A stretch of 64,000 nucleotides of DNA from an uncultured Gemmatimonadales bacterium (GTDB lineage Bacteria > Gemmatimonadota > Gemmatimonadetes > Gemmatimonadales > GWC2-71-9): the NCBI GenBank assembly GCA_963828735.1, contig CAWHFW010000005.1, positions 64,001 to 128,000 on the forward strand, in the 5' to 3' direction. Each line of letters opens with the position of its first letter. Position 1 is the first letter of the stretch. Positions 26,502-35,722 of the stretch are shown one piece after another. The notes beneath the pieces are model-generated. The model saw only the letters and a program-made list of their open reading frames with translations, made no database searches and had not been told where the DNA came from. Position numbers and translations under genes: made by a program.

Positions 26502-29500
26502 TCAACGCTCGATGGTCGTCTGATCGTAGTCGAACTTGAGCTCCGGCAGGTCGGTCAGATAGATCGTGAAGTAGAAAGAGAAGTTGCCGTTCGGATTCTT
26601 CACGAAGTTGAAAGCCGCCCGCCACTCATGCAGCTCGCGCTCGAGCCGCACTACCTGCGACTCGAACTGCCCGTCGGTGATGTTGTACTGCGACGACCAC
26701 GAGAGGGACCAGAATGGCGTCGGCGAGAAGTTGGTGCTGAAGCCGAGGCTCTGCCGGTCGGGCGTGTCCAGCGGGTTGGGAACGCCGAACGGAGGTCGAG
26801 TCCGCGTGAGCTGATAGTTGAAATTCGAGGTGAATGCGTGGCCCGGCCGCCGAATTGGCACCTGGGTGGTCGAGAAGAATGATCCCGGACGAGTATGCCG
26901 CCCCGATTCCGCCACGTACGATGTCGGCACCTCCTCGGGCCTGCCGCCCTTCGACTTGCCGCCAAGCCCGAAGATGGAGCCGATGGCGCGGAAGGTGTTG
27001 GCCGAGATCGCGAAGCTCGCGCTCACATTCTGGAGGAAGGGCTCGAACTTCGACGTGTCGCTTCCGACGGCGCCCCGCCACAGATCGTGTGTCAGGCTGA
27101 GATTGAATCCCGGCAGCAGGTCGCTCAGGATCGAATTGGTGAGGGACTGCGTGGCCCACCCGGTGAAGCCAGGCTTCTTCGCCTGCTCGAAGTCGTAGCT
27201 GACGCCGCTGGTGCTGATGCTGAGCAATCGAATCTTCCGGCTGTTCTCCGCCGAGGTCGTGTCGCCGCTCTTGGGCAGGAACTTTCCTTCGAACGCCTGG
27301 GAGAGCGAGACGGTCAGGCGCTGCTCGGCGTCGCTCCGGAGCTCAACCGGCTGGCCTGGGAGGGCGATCGCCCGCGCGAATTCCTCGGACACGTCGGCGG
27401 CCGGCTGGTAGCTCCAGGTGACGACCGGCGAAAAGCTGTGGCGGATCCGTGCCAAAGGACCGATGCCTGGATAGAACCCGAACAGCGTCGGCGAGCCCGT
27501 CGCCCCGAACCGGAATCGCTTGCCCTGCTGCACCCAGGTGCCGTTCGTGTTGCGGTTCCGGATCGCGAATGTGCCGGTCGTAGCGTTCCCCACCCCGACC
27601 ACAGGCTGAATCTTCCAGCTGCCCCGGAAGAGAACGGGCAGATTGATGCCCGTGTCCCAGTCGAGCGAGCTCTGGAAGTCGCTCAAGAAGGTCCGCTGGA
27701 CGGTGATGCTGTCCGTGGGATCGGGAGTGGCAGGGTTGTCGGTGCGGAACGTCACTACCTCCTGGCCCTCGGACGACTGGTCGGTCACCTGGAGCGAGTT
27801 CGACCAGTTGAACCCGCCGAGTCGGATCGGCGTGTCGAAGCTCAGCGCCGTGATGCGAGAGCTCGCGTCCGTCGCGACCGTGTCGAAGAGCCCGCCCGGG
27901 AGCGCCAGCAGCACCGTGTCCCTGCCCGGGTTGCTGGTCGTGTTGTTCGTGAAGCTCAGCCCCGGCGACCACGAGATGTTCGAGCCCAGCGCGATCGGCA
28001 CGGGCGAGAGAGTCACGGCAGGCAGCAGCTGCTGGACGCTGCCGTCGGTGAGACTCTGGCGCCGGTTGCCGCCCAGCGTCAGGGTGCCCCATGGCAGCCG
28101 CTTCGAATAGTTGAGCGAGCTCGTGATCTGCTGCGTGTTCTGCAGGGGGTCGATCGCGTTCCCCTGGATGACGGTGGTGTTGCTCGCGTAGTTGATGTTG
28201 AAGTTGAGCGACGTGGTCAGATTGAACTGCTGGCTGTGATCCCACCGGAAGCTCAGCCCGGATCCACCTTCGGTCTGCCGCTGCTCGTTGATGCCGATCG
28301 ATCCGCTCATGAACCGGTTCAGCCATCGATATTGGCCGCTCACGCCGTACTGGACGTACCGGTTGGCGAACCAGTCGAGCCGCCCCGTCAGATCCAGATA
28401 GTCGCTTGGCGCCCAGTAGTAGCCGAGGTTGGTGATCTGACGGTTGTAGTTGTCCGTGGGCCGGATCAGGTCGTTGATGCCGAACTGCGGCACCAGGATG
28501 CCCGAGTGCCGCCCCGGCCGCACGTCCTGGAAGATGAACGGCAGCCAGAGGATCGGCACGTCGCGCACGTAGAGAACCACGGGTCGCGCGACCAGGACGT
28601 TTTTCGAGATCCACTTCATCTCGCGCGCGCTGAAGTGGTAGTGCGGCGTGGGCAGATCGCAGCTCGTGATCTGGCTCGAGCCCGCGTAGATGCGGCTCGA
28701 GCTCGAATCCTGGGCGACGTTCCCGCGGAGGAACCAGACGGTCGAGCCTTCGGTGAAGTTGGTCAGCGCCTCGTCCACGATGCCGCGGCGCTTGCAGGTG
28801 TCGTAGCGAATTCCCTCACCGACGAGCACCTGACCGCGGTCGAACAGATGGGGGTTCCCGTCGGCGTCGAGCAGGCAGCTGTCGCGTTGATACCGGATCG
28901 TGTCTGCCTCGAGCAGCGCTCCCTGCCGTTCGGTCAGCGCCTCGCCTTGCAGCAGCACGCGCTCGTCCTTGATGAAGACGGTCGCGGAATCGGCGCGATA
29001 TCGTGTCGACTGATAGCCGTGGCGCGCCTTGAGGTCCGTGAGGACGGAATCATCCGGCGCGAAGCTCCGGCTCGGTCCCGTGGGGATGCCGAGCCGCCCC
29101 GCGGTCGCGCTGTCCAGCGACTGACCCGGCTTTTTCCGGCGGAGGGAGTCCTGAAGCGAATCCGGCACGGCCTGCCGCACCTGCCCCGGCCTCGGCTTTG
29201 CCGGCACTTGGGCCTCGGCGCGCGGGACGCCGAAGCCGAGCCCCAGCAGCACCAGTGCCGCCGTGACGGCCGCCTTTCGGCGGCGGCGATGGATGATGAC
29301 CGCACCCGCGTATCCCACCTCGTAGAGGAGGAGCAGCGGAATGGTCATCATGATCATGCTGACGAGATCGGTCCCAGGCGACAGAATGGCCCCGGCGATG
29401 AACGCGGCGACGACCGCGAAGCGCCGGAACCGCGCCAGGTCGGCCGGGCTGATCACCTCGAGCCAGGCCAGGATCACGATGACGAGCGGCAGCTCGAAGG

Positions 29501-30014
29501 AGAGCCCGAGGGCCAGCACCACCTGAAGGACGAAGTCGAAGTATGCGTCGTAGGTGATGAATGGCTGGATCGCTTCGGTCTGGAAGCTGAACAGCACGCG
29601 AAGCGCCTGCGGCACGACGAAGACGTAGGCGGCGCCCGCCCCGATGAGAAACAGCACCAGGCCCACGAACAGCGCCGGCACCAGCGCGCGCTTCTCGCGG
29701 GAGTAGAGCGCAGGCGCGAGGAATGCCCACAGCTGCCACAGGATCACCGGCGACGCGAGCACGAGGCCGACGATAAAGCCGAGCTTGAAGACGATCATCA
29801 CCGGCTCGGTGGGGCTCGTGACGATGAGCTTTCCACCTGCGCCGGTGAGATACGGGGCGATCGGCTGCTTGAGGAGATTGACGAGCTGGAACCGCTGGAC
29901 CAGCCACAGGCCGAGCCCGAAGCCGACCACGATGGCGGCGAGCGAGCGGAGAATGCGCCAACGAAGCTCCTCGAGATGATCGAGGAAGGGCATCTCCCCG
30001 GGGGAGCCGGTCAT
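26502..30014 (-). CDS. tatC: TatC-LptD fusion protein (TatC aa 1-~242, internal signal peptide, LptD-like OstA domain plus beta-barrel from aa ~269)
   Basis: MPFLDHLEELRWR, FLAPALY..EKR, FELP and LSPGTD (TatC); TSCDLPTPHYHF, ARPVVLYV.DVPILWLPF, RHSGIL.P and RELHEW (LptD); one uninterrupted frame. Confidence 0.9.
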   Translation of the reverse strand: MTGSPGEMPFLDHLEELRWRILRSLAAIVVGFGLGLWLVQRFQLVNLLKQPIAPYLTGAGGKLIVTSPTEPVMIVFKLGFIVGLVLASPVILWQLWAFLAPALYSREKRALVPALFVGLVLFLIGAGAAYVFVVPQALRVLFSFQTEAIQPFITYDAYFDFVLQVVLALGLSFELPLVIVILAWLEVISPADLARFRRFAVVAAFIAGAILSPGTDLVSMIMMTIPLLLLYEVGYAGAVIIHRRRRKAAVTAALVLLGLGFGVPRAEAQVPAKPRPGQVRQAVPDSLQDSLRRKKPGQSLDSATAGRLGIPTGPSRSFAPDDSVLTDLKARHGYQSTRYRADSATVFIKDERVLLQGEALTERQGALLEADTIRYQRDSCLLDADGNPHLFDRGQVLVGEGIRYDTCKRRGIVDEALTNFTEGSTVWFLRGNVAQDSSSSRIYAGSSQITSCDLPTPHYHFSAREMKWISKNVLVARPVVLYVRDVPILWLPFIFQDVRPGRHSGILVPQFGINDLIRPTDNYNRQITNLGYYWAPSDYLDLTGRLDWFANRYVQYGVSGQYRWLNRFMSGSIGINEQRQTEGGSGLSFRWDHSQQFNLTTSLNFNINYASNTTVIQGNAIDPLQNTQQITSSLNYSKRLPWGTLTLGGNRRQSLTDGSVQQLLPAVTLSPVPIALGSNISWSPGLSFTNNTTSNPGRDTVLLALPGGLFDTVATDASSRITALSFDTPIRLGGFNWSNSLQVTDQSSEGQEVVTFRTDNPATPDPTDSITVQRTFLSDFQSSLDWDTGINLPVLFRGSWKIQPVVGVGNATTGTFAIRNRNTNGTWVQQGKRFRFGATGSPTLFGFYPGIGPLARIRHSFSPVVTWSYQPAADVSEEFARAIALPGQPVELRSDAEQRLTVSLSQAFEGKFLPKSGDTTSAENSRKIRLLSISTSGVSYDFEQAKKPGFTGWATQSLTNSILSDLLPGFNLSLTHDLWRGAVGSDTSKFEPFLQNVSASFAISANTFRAIGSIFGLGGKSKGGRPEEVPTSYVAESGRHTRPGSFFSTTQVPIRRPGHAFTSNFNYQLTRTRPPFGVPNPLDTPDRQSLGFSTNFSPTPFWSLSWSSQYNITDGQFESQVVRLERELHEWRAAFNFVKNPNGNFSFYFTIYLTDLPELKFDYDQTTIER

Positions 30015-30033
30015 GCGCAGGCCGCGCCCGGGC

Positions 30034-30852
30034 TTAGCGCCCGAGCGCCTTCAGGCGATCACGTGCCAGGGCGGCCTCGTCCGACTGCGGGTACTTCTGC
30101 ACCACGCGCTGGTAGGCATCCTTGGCCTTGGCGTTGTCCTTCCGCCGCTCGGCGAGAAGGCCCAGGTTGTACAGCGCCGACGGGGCACGGGCCGAGGTGG
30201 GATACTTGTCCACCACCTGCGAGTAGTATTCCGCGGCCGAGTCCGGGTTCTCGGCCGAAAAGCTCTGGCCGATGAAGTAGAGCGCGTCCGGCGCGCGCGA
30301 GCTCGTGGGGTAGGTCCGGAGCAGCTCGCGGAGGCCCAGCCGTGCGGTGCCGGTGCTGCCCCGCCGGAGCTGTGCCAACGAGGCCTCGTACATCGCGTCG
30401 GCGGAGGCGGACGACTGGGCGGCGGGCTGCGCGGTATCTCCGGGCGCGGTCGGCCCCGGTGCCCCGGTCGGACCGCCATCGTTGTTCTGCGCGGCCCGGG
30501 CCTCCAGCTGCGTCCTGAGCTCGCTCAAGCGCTGCTGGCTCTGCCCGGTGAGCTCCTGCAGCTGCACCAGCTGCTGCTGGATGTTGTAGAGGTCCTGGGA
30601 TACGTCGCCCTTGACCTGCGCCACCGTATGGCGGGTCACGGTCAGCGAGTCCATGATCTGGCGCTGCATCTGAATCACCTCACCGAGCTGCGCGGCCCGT
30701 GTGGAGTCGCGACGCAGCGTCTCGGCCCGGAGCAGCGCCACCTCGCCCTGCACCATCTGGATGTCGCCCTTGGAGACGCAGCCCGACAGCCCTCCCGCGG
30801 CCGAGGCGGCCGCGAGCAGGGTGGCGGTCAGGCGTCGAGACATGGAGCTCAC
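30034..30852 (-). CDS. cpoB: Tol-Pal system protein YbgF/CpoB
   Basis: Lipobox LSGC; coiled coil; TPRs with YP.S..APDALY; follows pal. Confidence 0.88.
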   Translation of the reverse strand: MSSMSRRLTATLLAAASAAGGLSGCVSKGDIQMVQGEVALLRAETLRRDSTRAAQLGEVIQMQRQIMDSLTVTRHTVAQVKGDVSQDLYNIQQQLVQLQELTGQSQQRLSELRTQLEARAAQNNDGGPTGAPGPTAPGDTAQPAAQSSASADAMYEASLAQLRRGSTGTARLGLRELLRTYPTSSRAPDALYFIGQSFSAENPDSAAEYYSQVVDKYPTSARAPSALYNLGLLAERRKDNAKAKDAYQRVVQKYPQSDEAALARDRLKALGR

Positions 30853-31424
30853 TGCGGGGCGACGAGGTGGTCCCCGCCGGCCGTGACCTGGAACTCGTCG
30901 CGGCGATTCTGCGCGTAGGACGTTTCGTCGTGACCCGGGTTGAGGGGACGCTCCTCACCGAAGGAGACGACGTCCATCCGGCTGGCGTCGATGCCCTTGT
31001 TCTCGAGGTAACGCTTGGCCGCCGCGGCGCGACGGTTGCCGAGGGCAAGGTTGTACTCGTCCGAGCCGCGTTCGTCCGCGTGGCCGCTGATCTGGATCTT
31101 CACGCTCGGGTTGGCGCCGAGGATGGACGCCTTCCGATCGAGCGTGGCCTGATCGGTTGACCGGATGACCGACTGGTCGTACTCGAAGTTGATCATAGCC
31201 GCCAGATCCGCCGCGACCGCCTTCGCGCGCTCGGCCGCCGCGTTGGCCGCCGCGATCGAATCCGCGCGCCGCTGCTCGGCGCTGTTATCGACCGGCGCCG
31301 GCTCGGGCGCGGGCGGGGCCTGGGTCGTAGTGTCGGGGGCAGGCTGTTCGGGCGCGGGCTTCCCACCGCAAGCGGTAGCGAGCCCGGCGGTGGCCAGGAC
31401 CAACAACAGGGTAGTGGCGCGCAT
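30849..31424 (-). CDS. pal: Peptidoglycan-associated lipoprotein
   Basis: Lipobox; GHADERGSDEYNLALGNRRA; SFGEERP; NRR. Confidence 0.95.
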   Translation of the reverse strand: MRATTLLLVLATAGLATACGGKPAPEQPAPDTTTQAPPAPEPAPVDNSAEQRRADSIAAANAAAERAKAVAADLAAMINFEYDQSVIRSTDQATLDRKASILGANPSVKIQISGHADERGSDEYNLALGNRRAAAAKRYLENKGIDASRMDVVSFGEERPLNPGHDETSYAQNRRDEFQVTAGGDHLVAPQ

Positions 31425-31443
31425 CAGGACTCCACGTTCGAGG

Positions 31444-32772
31444 TTAGGGGGTGACCGCGGTCCGACTCAGGCGGCGGGACCACGCAGGGAGCCGCGCCGC
31501 GCCAGGTGATCTCAGCTGGCGAACGCGGCCCGTCTCGACGTCAATGACCCAGAGCTGTCGGGCGCCGCTCCGGTCAGAGACGAAGGTGATATGACGGCCG
31601 TCGGGCGCCCAGGTGGGGTCCTCGTTGCGGCCGGACGACGTGAGCTGCCGGACCCGTCGCCCCGCCACGTCGACGAGGAACAGCTGGGGGCTGCCGGTGA
31701 CCTCACGATGGAACACGACGTTGGCCCCGTCGGGCGACCACTCCGGGGCGTTGGAGCTGCCCGTCGCGCCGAAATCGAACGGCGCGAGCAGTTCCTGATC
31801 GGTCCCGTCGGCGGCCATGACGTAGACTTGGGGCGGTCCCGCCCGCGTGGATACGAACGCGATGCGGCGGCCATCTGGAGAAAACGTTGGAGATAAGTTG
31901 TCCGCGTAGCGTCCCACGGTCAAGCGTTGCGCGCAGCAGCGATCGGCGATGTTCGCGAGGAAAATATCCGTCCCGGTCTCGTCCGAGTGCGCGTACGCGA
32001 GGAGCCGCCCGTCCGGCGAGAACGCGGGCGTGATGTTGAGCCCCGTATTCGTCCCCGGGACCTGCAGCGCCGCCCCGCTCGCGAGCGTCTGCACCATCAC
32101 GCCACCCCGGCCGCCGGCCAGTACCGTGTACGCGAACCGCTGGCCGTCAGGCGACCACACCGGCGAGAGCGAGGTCTGACCCGCCGGGGTGAGCGGCGTG
32201 ATCACCTCGCCGTCGCTGTCTATCCGATAGACCCGCCCACCCGAGACGAACAGCAGCCGGGTCGTCGCGACGCCTTCGGTGCCGGTGGCCCAGCGCGCGA
32301 CCTGGTCTGCGATGTTGTGCACCTGGTAGCGGAAGGTCGGGTCGGTCATTGCCGGGAGCTGGAAGGTCTCCTGGACCCGGACCTTTCCCGCGGACAGGTC
32401 GTGGAGCCGGACGGCCACGCCGCCGGTCACCTCGGACATCTCGACCCCGAATTCCGCCCCGAGCGCCTTGTAGATCCCGTAGCTCGTCCCACCGGCCTCG
32501 GCCCCGCCGCGGCTCGCCGGCGAGGTATCGAGGGGGACCATCTCGAACCGGTCACTGTAGTCCAGATCGCGGTGAACGATCGCCCGAGCGGAGTCGAGTC
32601 CGGCCCCGGGCAGGACGACGAGCCCGGGACGCACGCCGGGCTGGTACTCCACGCCGACGCGAACTTTATCGATGGCCTGCGTCGTGTCCTGGGCCGCGGC
32701 GCGGGTGGCGCCGAGTCCCACGAGGATCGCCGGCAGAACGAGTGCACGGAAGCGGGAAAGCGGTCGGGTCAT
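31444..32772 (-). CDS. tolB: TolB beta-propeller protein
   Basis: Repeated PD40 motifs (P.WSPDG); position between tolA and pal. Confidence 0.9.
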   Translation of the reverse strand: MTRPLSRFRALVLPAILVGLGATRAAAQDTTQAIDKVRVGVEYQPGVRPGLVVLPGAGLDSARAIVHRDLDYSDRFEMVPLDTSPASRGGAEAGGTSYGIYKALGAEFGVEMSEVTGGVAVRLHDLSAGKVRVQETFQLPAMTDPTFRYQVHNIADQVARWATGTEGVATTRLLFVSGGRVYRIDSDGEVITPLTPAGQTSLSPVWSPDGQRFAYTVLAGGRGGVMVQTLASGAALQVPGTNTGLNITPAFSPDGRLLAYAHSDETGTDIFLANIADRCCAQRLTVGRYADNLSPTFSPDGRRIAFVSTRAGPPQVYVMAADGTDQELLAPFDFGATGSSNAPEWSPDGANVVFHREVTGSPQLFLVDVAGRRVRQLTSSGRNEDPTWAPDGRHITFVSDRSGARQLWVIDVETGRVRQLRSPGAARLPAWSRRLSRTAVTP

Positions 32773-33464
32773 CTCGAAGTGGGCTTGAAGTAGAAGCTCA
32801 CGGGCAGGACGTCGGCGTCCCAACCGTCGGGGAGCGGACCAAAGCTCCGGGCGTTGCCAGCCGCTTCGACCGCGCCCTGAGCGCCCAGATCGAAGGCGAA
32901 GCTGCCCGAGCGGGTCACGAAACGGATGTCGCGCACCGACCCGTCGCGCAGGATCAGGAAGCTGATCTCGGCGAAGTTGTTCTGCCGGGCCGACTCGCGA
33001 TCCCAGTTGCGATAGACCTGCGTGACGATGTTCCTCAGGTACTCGGGAAACGGAAACTGGAGTCCCGGCGTCTTGATCGTCGCGACATCCGTCCCGGTGC
33101 TCGGCGTCTCGCCTTCGGCCGGTGTGACCGGTGCGCTGGTCTTGGGCGGAGGCTCGCGCTTGGTCTCGGTCGGCGGCGGCTTGGGCGTCGGCACCGCGGG
33201 AGCCTTGGTCGGCTTCGGCTTGGGCGCGGGCTTGACCGGCGCCGGCTTCTCCACCGGTGGCGTGGGAACAGCCTCGGTGGCGCGGCGCTTGTTCGGGGCG
33301 GGCGCGGGAGCGGCGACCAAGTTGACCTGGTAGGTCGGCGGCCCAGCCTTCGCCGGCTGCACCTGGGTAAAGGCCAGCGCCGCCACGCTTCCATGGACCA
33401 GCACGGTCCCGATCAGGCCCGCCGTGGTACCCGGCGTGCGCCCGCGATCGGCCCGCACGTTCAC
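32769..33464 (-). CDS. TolA/TonB family energy transducer
   Basis: TM helix with His; Pro/Lys-rich linker; TonB_2 C-terminal domain (ILRDGSV...SG..FD). Confidence 0.85.
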   Translation of the reverse strand: MNVRADRGRTPGTTAGLIGTVLVHGSVAALAFTQVQPAKAGPPTYQVNLVAAPAPAPNKRRATEAVPTPPVEKPAPVKPAPKPKPTKAPAVPTPKPPPTETKREPPPKTSAPVTPAEGETPSTGTDVATIKTPGLQFPFPEYLRNIVTQVYRNWDRESARQNNFAEISFLILRDGSVRDIRFVTRSGSFAFDLGAQGAVEAAGNARSFGPLPDGWDADVLPVSFYFKPTSR

Positions 33465-33892
33465 GGCGCGCCTTCCTCCGCGGCCACGAGGCCCACGTTC
33501 TGGATGCCCGATCCCCGGATCACGGCCAACACGCGAACGACCTCGCCGTAGGGCACTCGCCTGTCCGCCTGGAGGTACACGCCCTCCGGCTTTCTGGTGG
33601 CCACGAGTGAGCGGAAGGTCACCCGAAAATCGTTGTAGGAGACCGACGTCTGATCCACGGAGATGCGCCCGTCGCGGTCCACCGTCACCACCATGCCCTG
33701 CTTGGGATCGAGCGGCTTGGCCTCGGCCCGCGGGAGCTCGACGTCCACGCCGCCTTGCATCAATGGTGCCGTGATCATGAAGACGATCAGGAGCACCAGC
33801 ATCACGTCCACCAGTGACGTCACATTGACGTCCGCCATGAGCGGCAGGTCGCCACGCTGGCTCCCGAGACCGCCTCCGAGCCCGGCCGACAT
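33461..33892 (-). CDS. tolR: TolR/ExbD
   Basis: DVNVTSLVDVMLVLLIVFMITAP; AD..VPYG.V. Confidence 0.92.
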   Translation of the reverse strand: MSAGLGGGLGSQRGDLPLMADVNVTSLVDVMLVLLIVFMITAPLMQGGVDVELPRAEAKPLDPKQGMVVTVDRDGRISVDQTSVSYNDFRVTFRSLVATRKPEGVYLQADRRVPYGEVVRVLAVIRGSGIQNVGLVAAEEGAP

Positions 33893-34606
33893 CTAGAGCA
33901 GGCCCTCTCGGGCCATCGTGCCGATGAGCTCGTTGGCGAATCCTTCGAGCTCGCCCGCGAAGAGCCGCACGCGGTTGACGTAGAGGTTGTACGCGATGAC
34001 CGCGGGAATGGCCGCCGCGAGGCCCGCGAACGTGGCCACCAGCGCTTCGGCCACACCCGGAGCCACTGCCGCCAGATTCCCGGAGCCCTTGGTGGCGATG
34101 CCGGTGAAGGCGCTGATGATGCCGAGCGTCGTCCCGAGGAGGCCCAGCAGTGGACTCACCGAGCCGATGGTGGCGAGCCAGGGGATGTAGTGCCCCAGCA
34201 AGTCGCGTTCGGCCGCCACTTCCTTGCCCAACACCATCTTAAGTGCCTCGAGCTGGGTCGGCGTGAGCGTGCTACGGTCCGCGCCGCGCTCCTCGCGGAG
34301 CGCTCCGGGGCGAAGCTCGGAGTAGAACGTGATCGCCTCACGGAACAGGCGGTTGTAGGGCGAAGGCGGCTGCTTCATGACCGCGTGATACGCTTCCTGC
34401 AGCCGGGTGGTGCGCTCCATCTCGGCGAAGAAGCGGTCCGCCTGCTTGTTGAGCCGGCGGAACTGCCACCACTTGAGGATGATGATGAACCAGGAGACGA
34501 GCGAAAAGACGGCGGTGATGATCAACACGACCTTCGTCTCGGTGCTCGAGGTCAGGACCAGCTCGACCGCCGAGCGCGGCACGGCGCCACCCGTCTGCAG
34601 GATCAT
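33893..34606 (-). CDS. tolQ: TolQ/ExbB proton channel
   Basis: LATIGSVSPLLGLLGT; VAPGVAEALVAT..GL.AAIPAVIAYN. Confidence 0.93.
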   Translation of the reverse strand: MILQTGGAVPRSAVELVLTSSTETKVVLIITAVFSLVSWFIIILKWWQFRRLNKQADRFFAEMERTTRLQEAYHAVMKQPPSPYNRLFREAITFYSELRPGALREERGADRSTLTPTQLEALKMVLGKEVAAERDLLGHYIPWLATIGSVSPLLGLLGTTLGIISAFTGIATKGSGNLAAVAPGVAEALVATFAGLAAAIPAVIAYNLYVNRVRLFAGELEGFANELIGTMAREGLL

Positions 34607-35553
34607 CGCGCCTCCGTCCGGAACCAGTCCACGAGCAGGGGCAGACCGTCATCAAAGGTCCACTTGGGCGCCCATCCCAGCACCTTCTTCGCCTTGCCGA
34701 TGTCGAGGGCGCTCCGGAAGAGCTCGCCGGCGCGCGGCGGCGCGAACTCGAGCTCGGGCCTCTGCTTCATCACCCTTCCGACGGCGTCGGCCAGCTCGAG
34801 CACGCTGGTCTGACGCGACGTGGCGATGTTGAACGCCGGCCCGTCGAGCTCGCCGTTGACCGACAGCTTGACGGTGGAGGCGAGCACGTTGGCGCGCGCG
34901 ACGTCCTTCACGAACACGTAGTCCCGGGTCTGCTTGCCGTCACCGAACACGGTGAGCCTTTGCTTGTCGAGCAGGCGGGACACGAAGATCGAGACGACGC
35001 CGGCCTCGGACTTCGGATCCTGCCGAGGGCCGAACACGTTCGCGTACCGCATCGCCACGCCCTCGAATCCGCGGAGGGCGCCGAGCGCCCGGAGGTAGTA
35101 CTCGCCCGAGAGCTTGCTCACACCATAGGGGCTCACCGGGAGCTTCGGAGCGGTCTCGGGCGTGGGGATTACGTCCGGATCGCCGTAGACGACTCCGCCG
35201 CTGCTGGCGAAGATGACGCGCTTGACGCCCCCCTCGCCCGCGCCCTCGAGCAGGTTCACCAGCCCGACGACGTTGATGCCCGCGTCGAAGGCGGGCTGGT
35301 CGACCGAGACCCGGACGTCGATCTGGGCGGCGTGATGGTTGATGGTGTCGAACCCGCCCGTCGCCGCCAGCTTCCTCGCCTCGGGCGAGCGGATGTCGGC
35401 CCGGACGAACCGCGCGCCGGCCGGCACGTTGCGCTCGTGGCCGCGAGACAGGTCGTCAACGATGACGACCTCCCACCCCTCCTGGAGATAGGCCTCCGCG
35501 ATGTGGGACCCGATGAATCCTGCCCCACCGGTGACCAGTACCCGCCCGCTCAT
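34603..35553 (-). CDS. NAD-dependent epimerase (UDP-glucose 4-epimerase-like)
   Basis: VTGGAGFIGSH; YGVSK (YxxxK); RYANVFGPRQ; GDGKQTRDYV. Confidence 0.92.
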   Translation of the reverse strand: MSGRVLVTGGAGFIGSHIAEAYLQEGWEVVIVDDLSRGHERNVPAGARFVRADIRSPEARKLAATGGFDTINHHAAQIDVRVSVDQPAFDAGINVVGLVNLLEGAGEGGVKRVIFASSGGVVYGDPDVIPTPETAPKLPVSPYGVSKLSGEYYLRALGALRGFEGVAMRYANVFGPRQDPKSEAGVVSIFVSRLLDKQRLTVFGDGKQTRDYVFVKDVARANVLASTVKLSVNGELDGPAFNIATSRQTSVLELADAVGRVMKQRPELEFAPPRAGELFRSALDIGKAKKVLGWAPKWTFDDGLPLLVDWFRTEAR

Positions 35554-35668
35554 GCGCCGTGCCTCGCCATGATCGCTCCAATAGGGGATTGCTGAAGGAG
35601 TGGAACCGTCGCCCCGCAATATAGATACGCGAAGCACAGAAGGAACCGGGACACGCGGACGTGAAAGC

Positions 35669-35703
35669 GACGCGGCGCCGAGGAGCCCCCTCGGCGCCGC
35701 GTC
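35669..35703 (-). terminator. Hairpin terminator after the LysM gene
   Basis: 15-bp perfect stem (GACGCGGCGCCGAGG / CCTCGGCGCCGCGTC) with a 5-nt loop. Confidence 0.7.
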
Positions 35704-35722
35704 ATCACCTCACTCCCGGAGG

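Noticed and set aside
26895..30275. Long plus-strand ORFs (1126 aa here; also 21491-24100, 52777-55209, 13520-15781, 11275-13449, 39430-41538, 58525-60768)
   Set aside because: Antisense shadows of well-supported minus-strand genes, expected at ~70% GC; Arg/Gly-rich with no recognisable motifs
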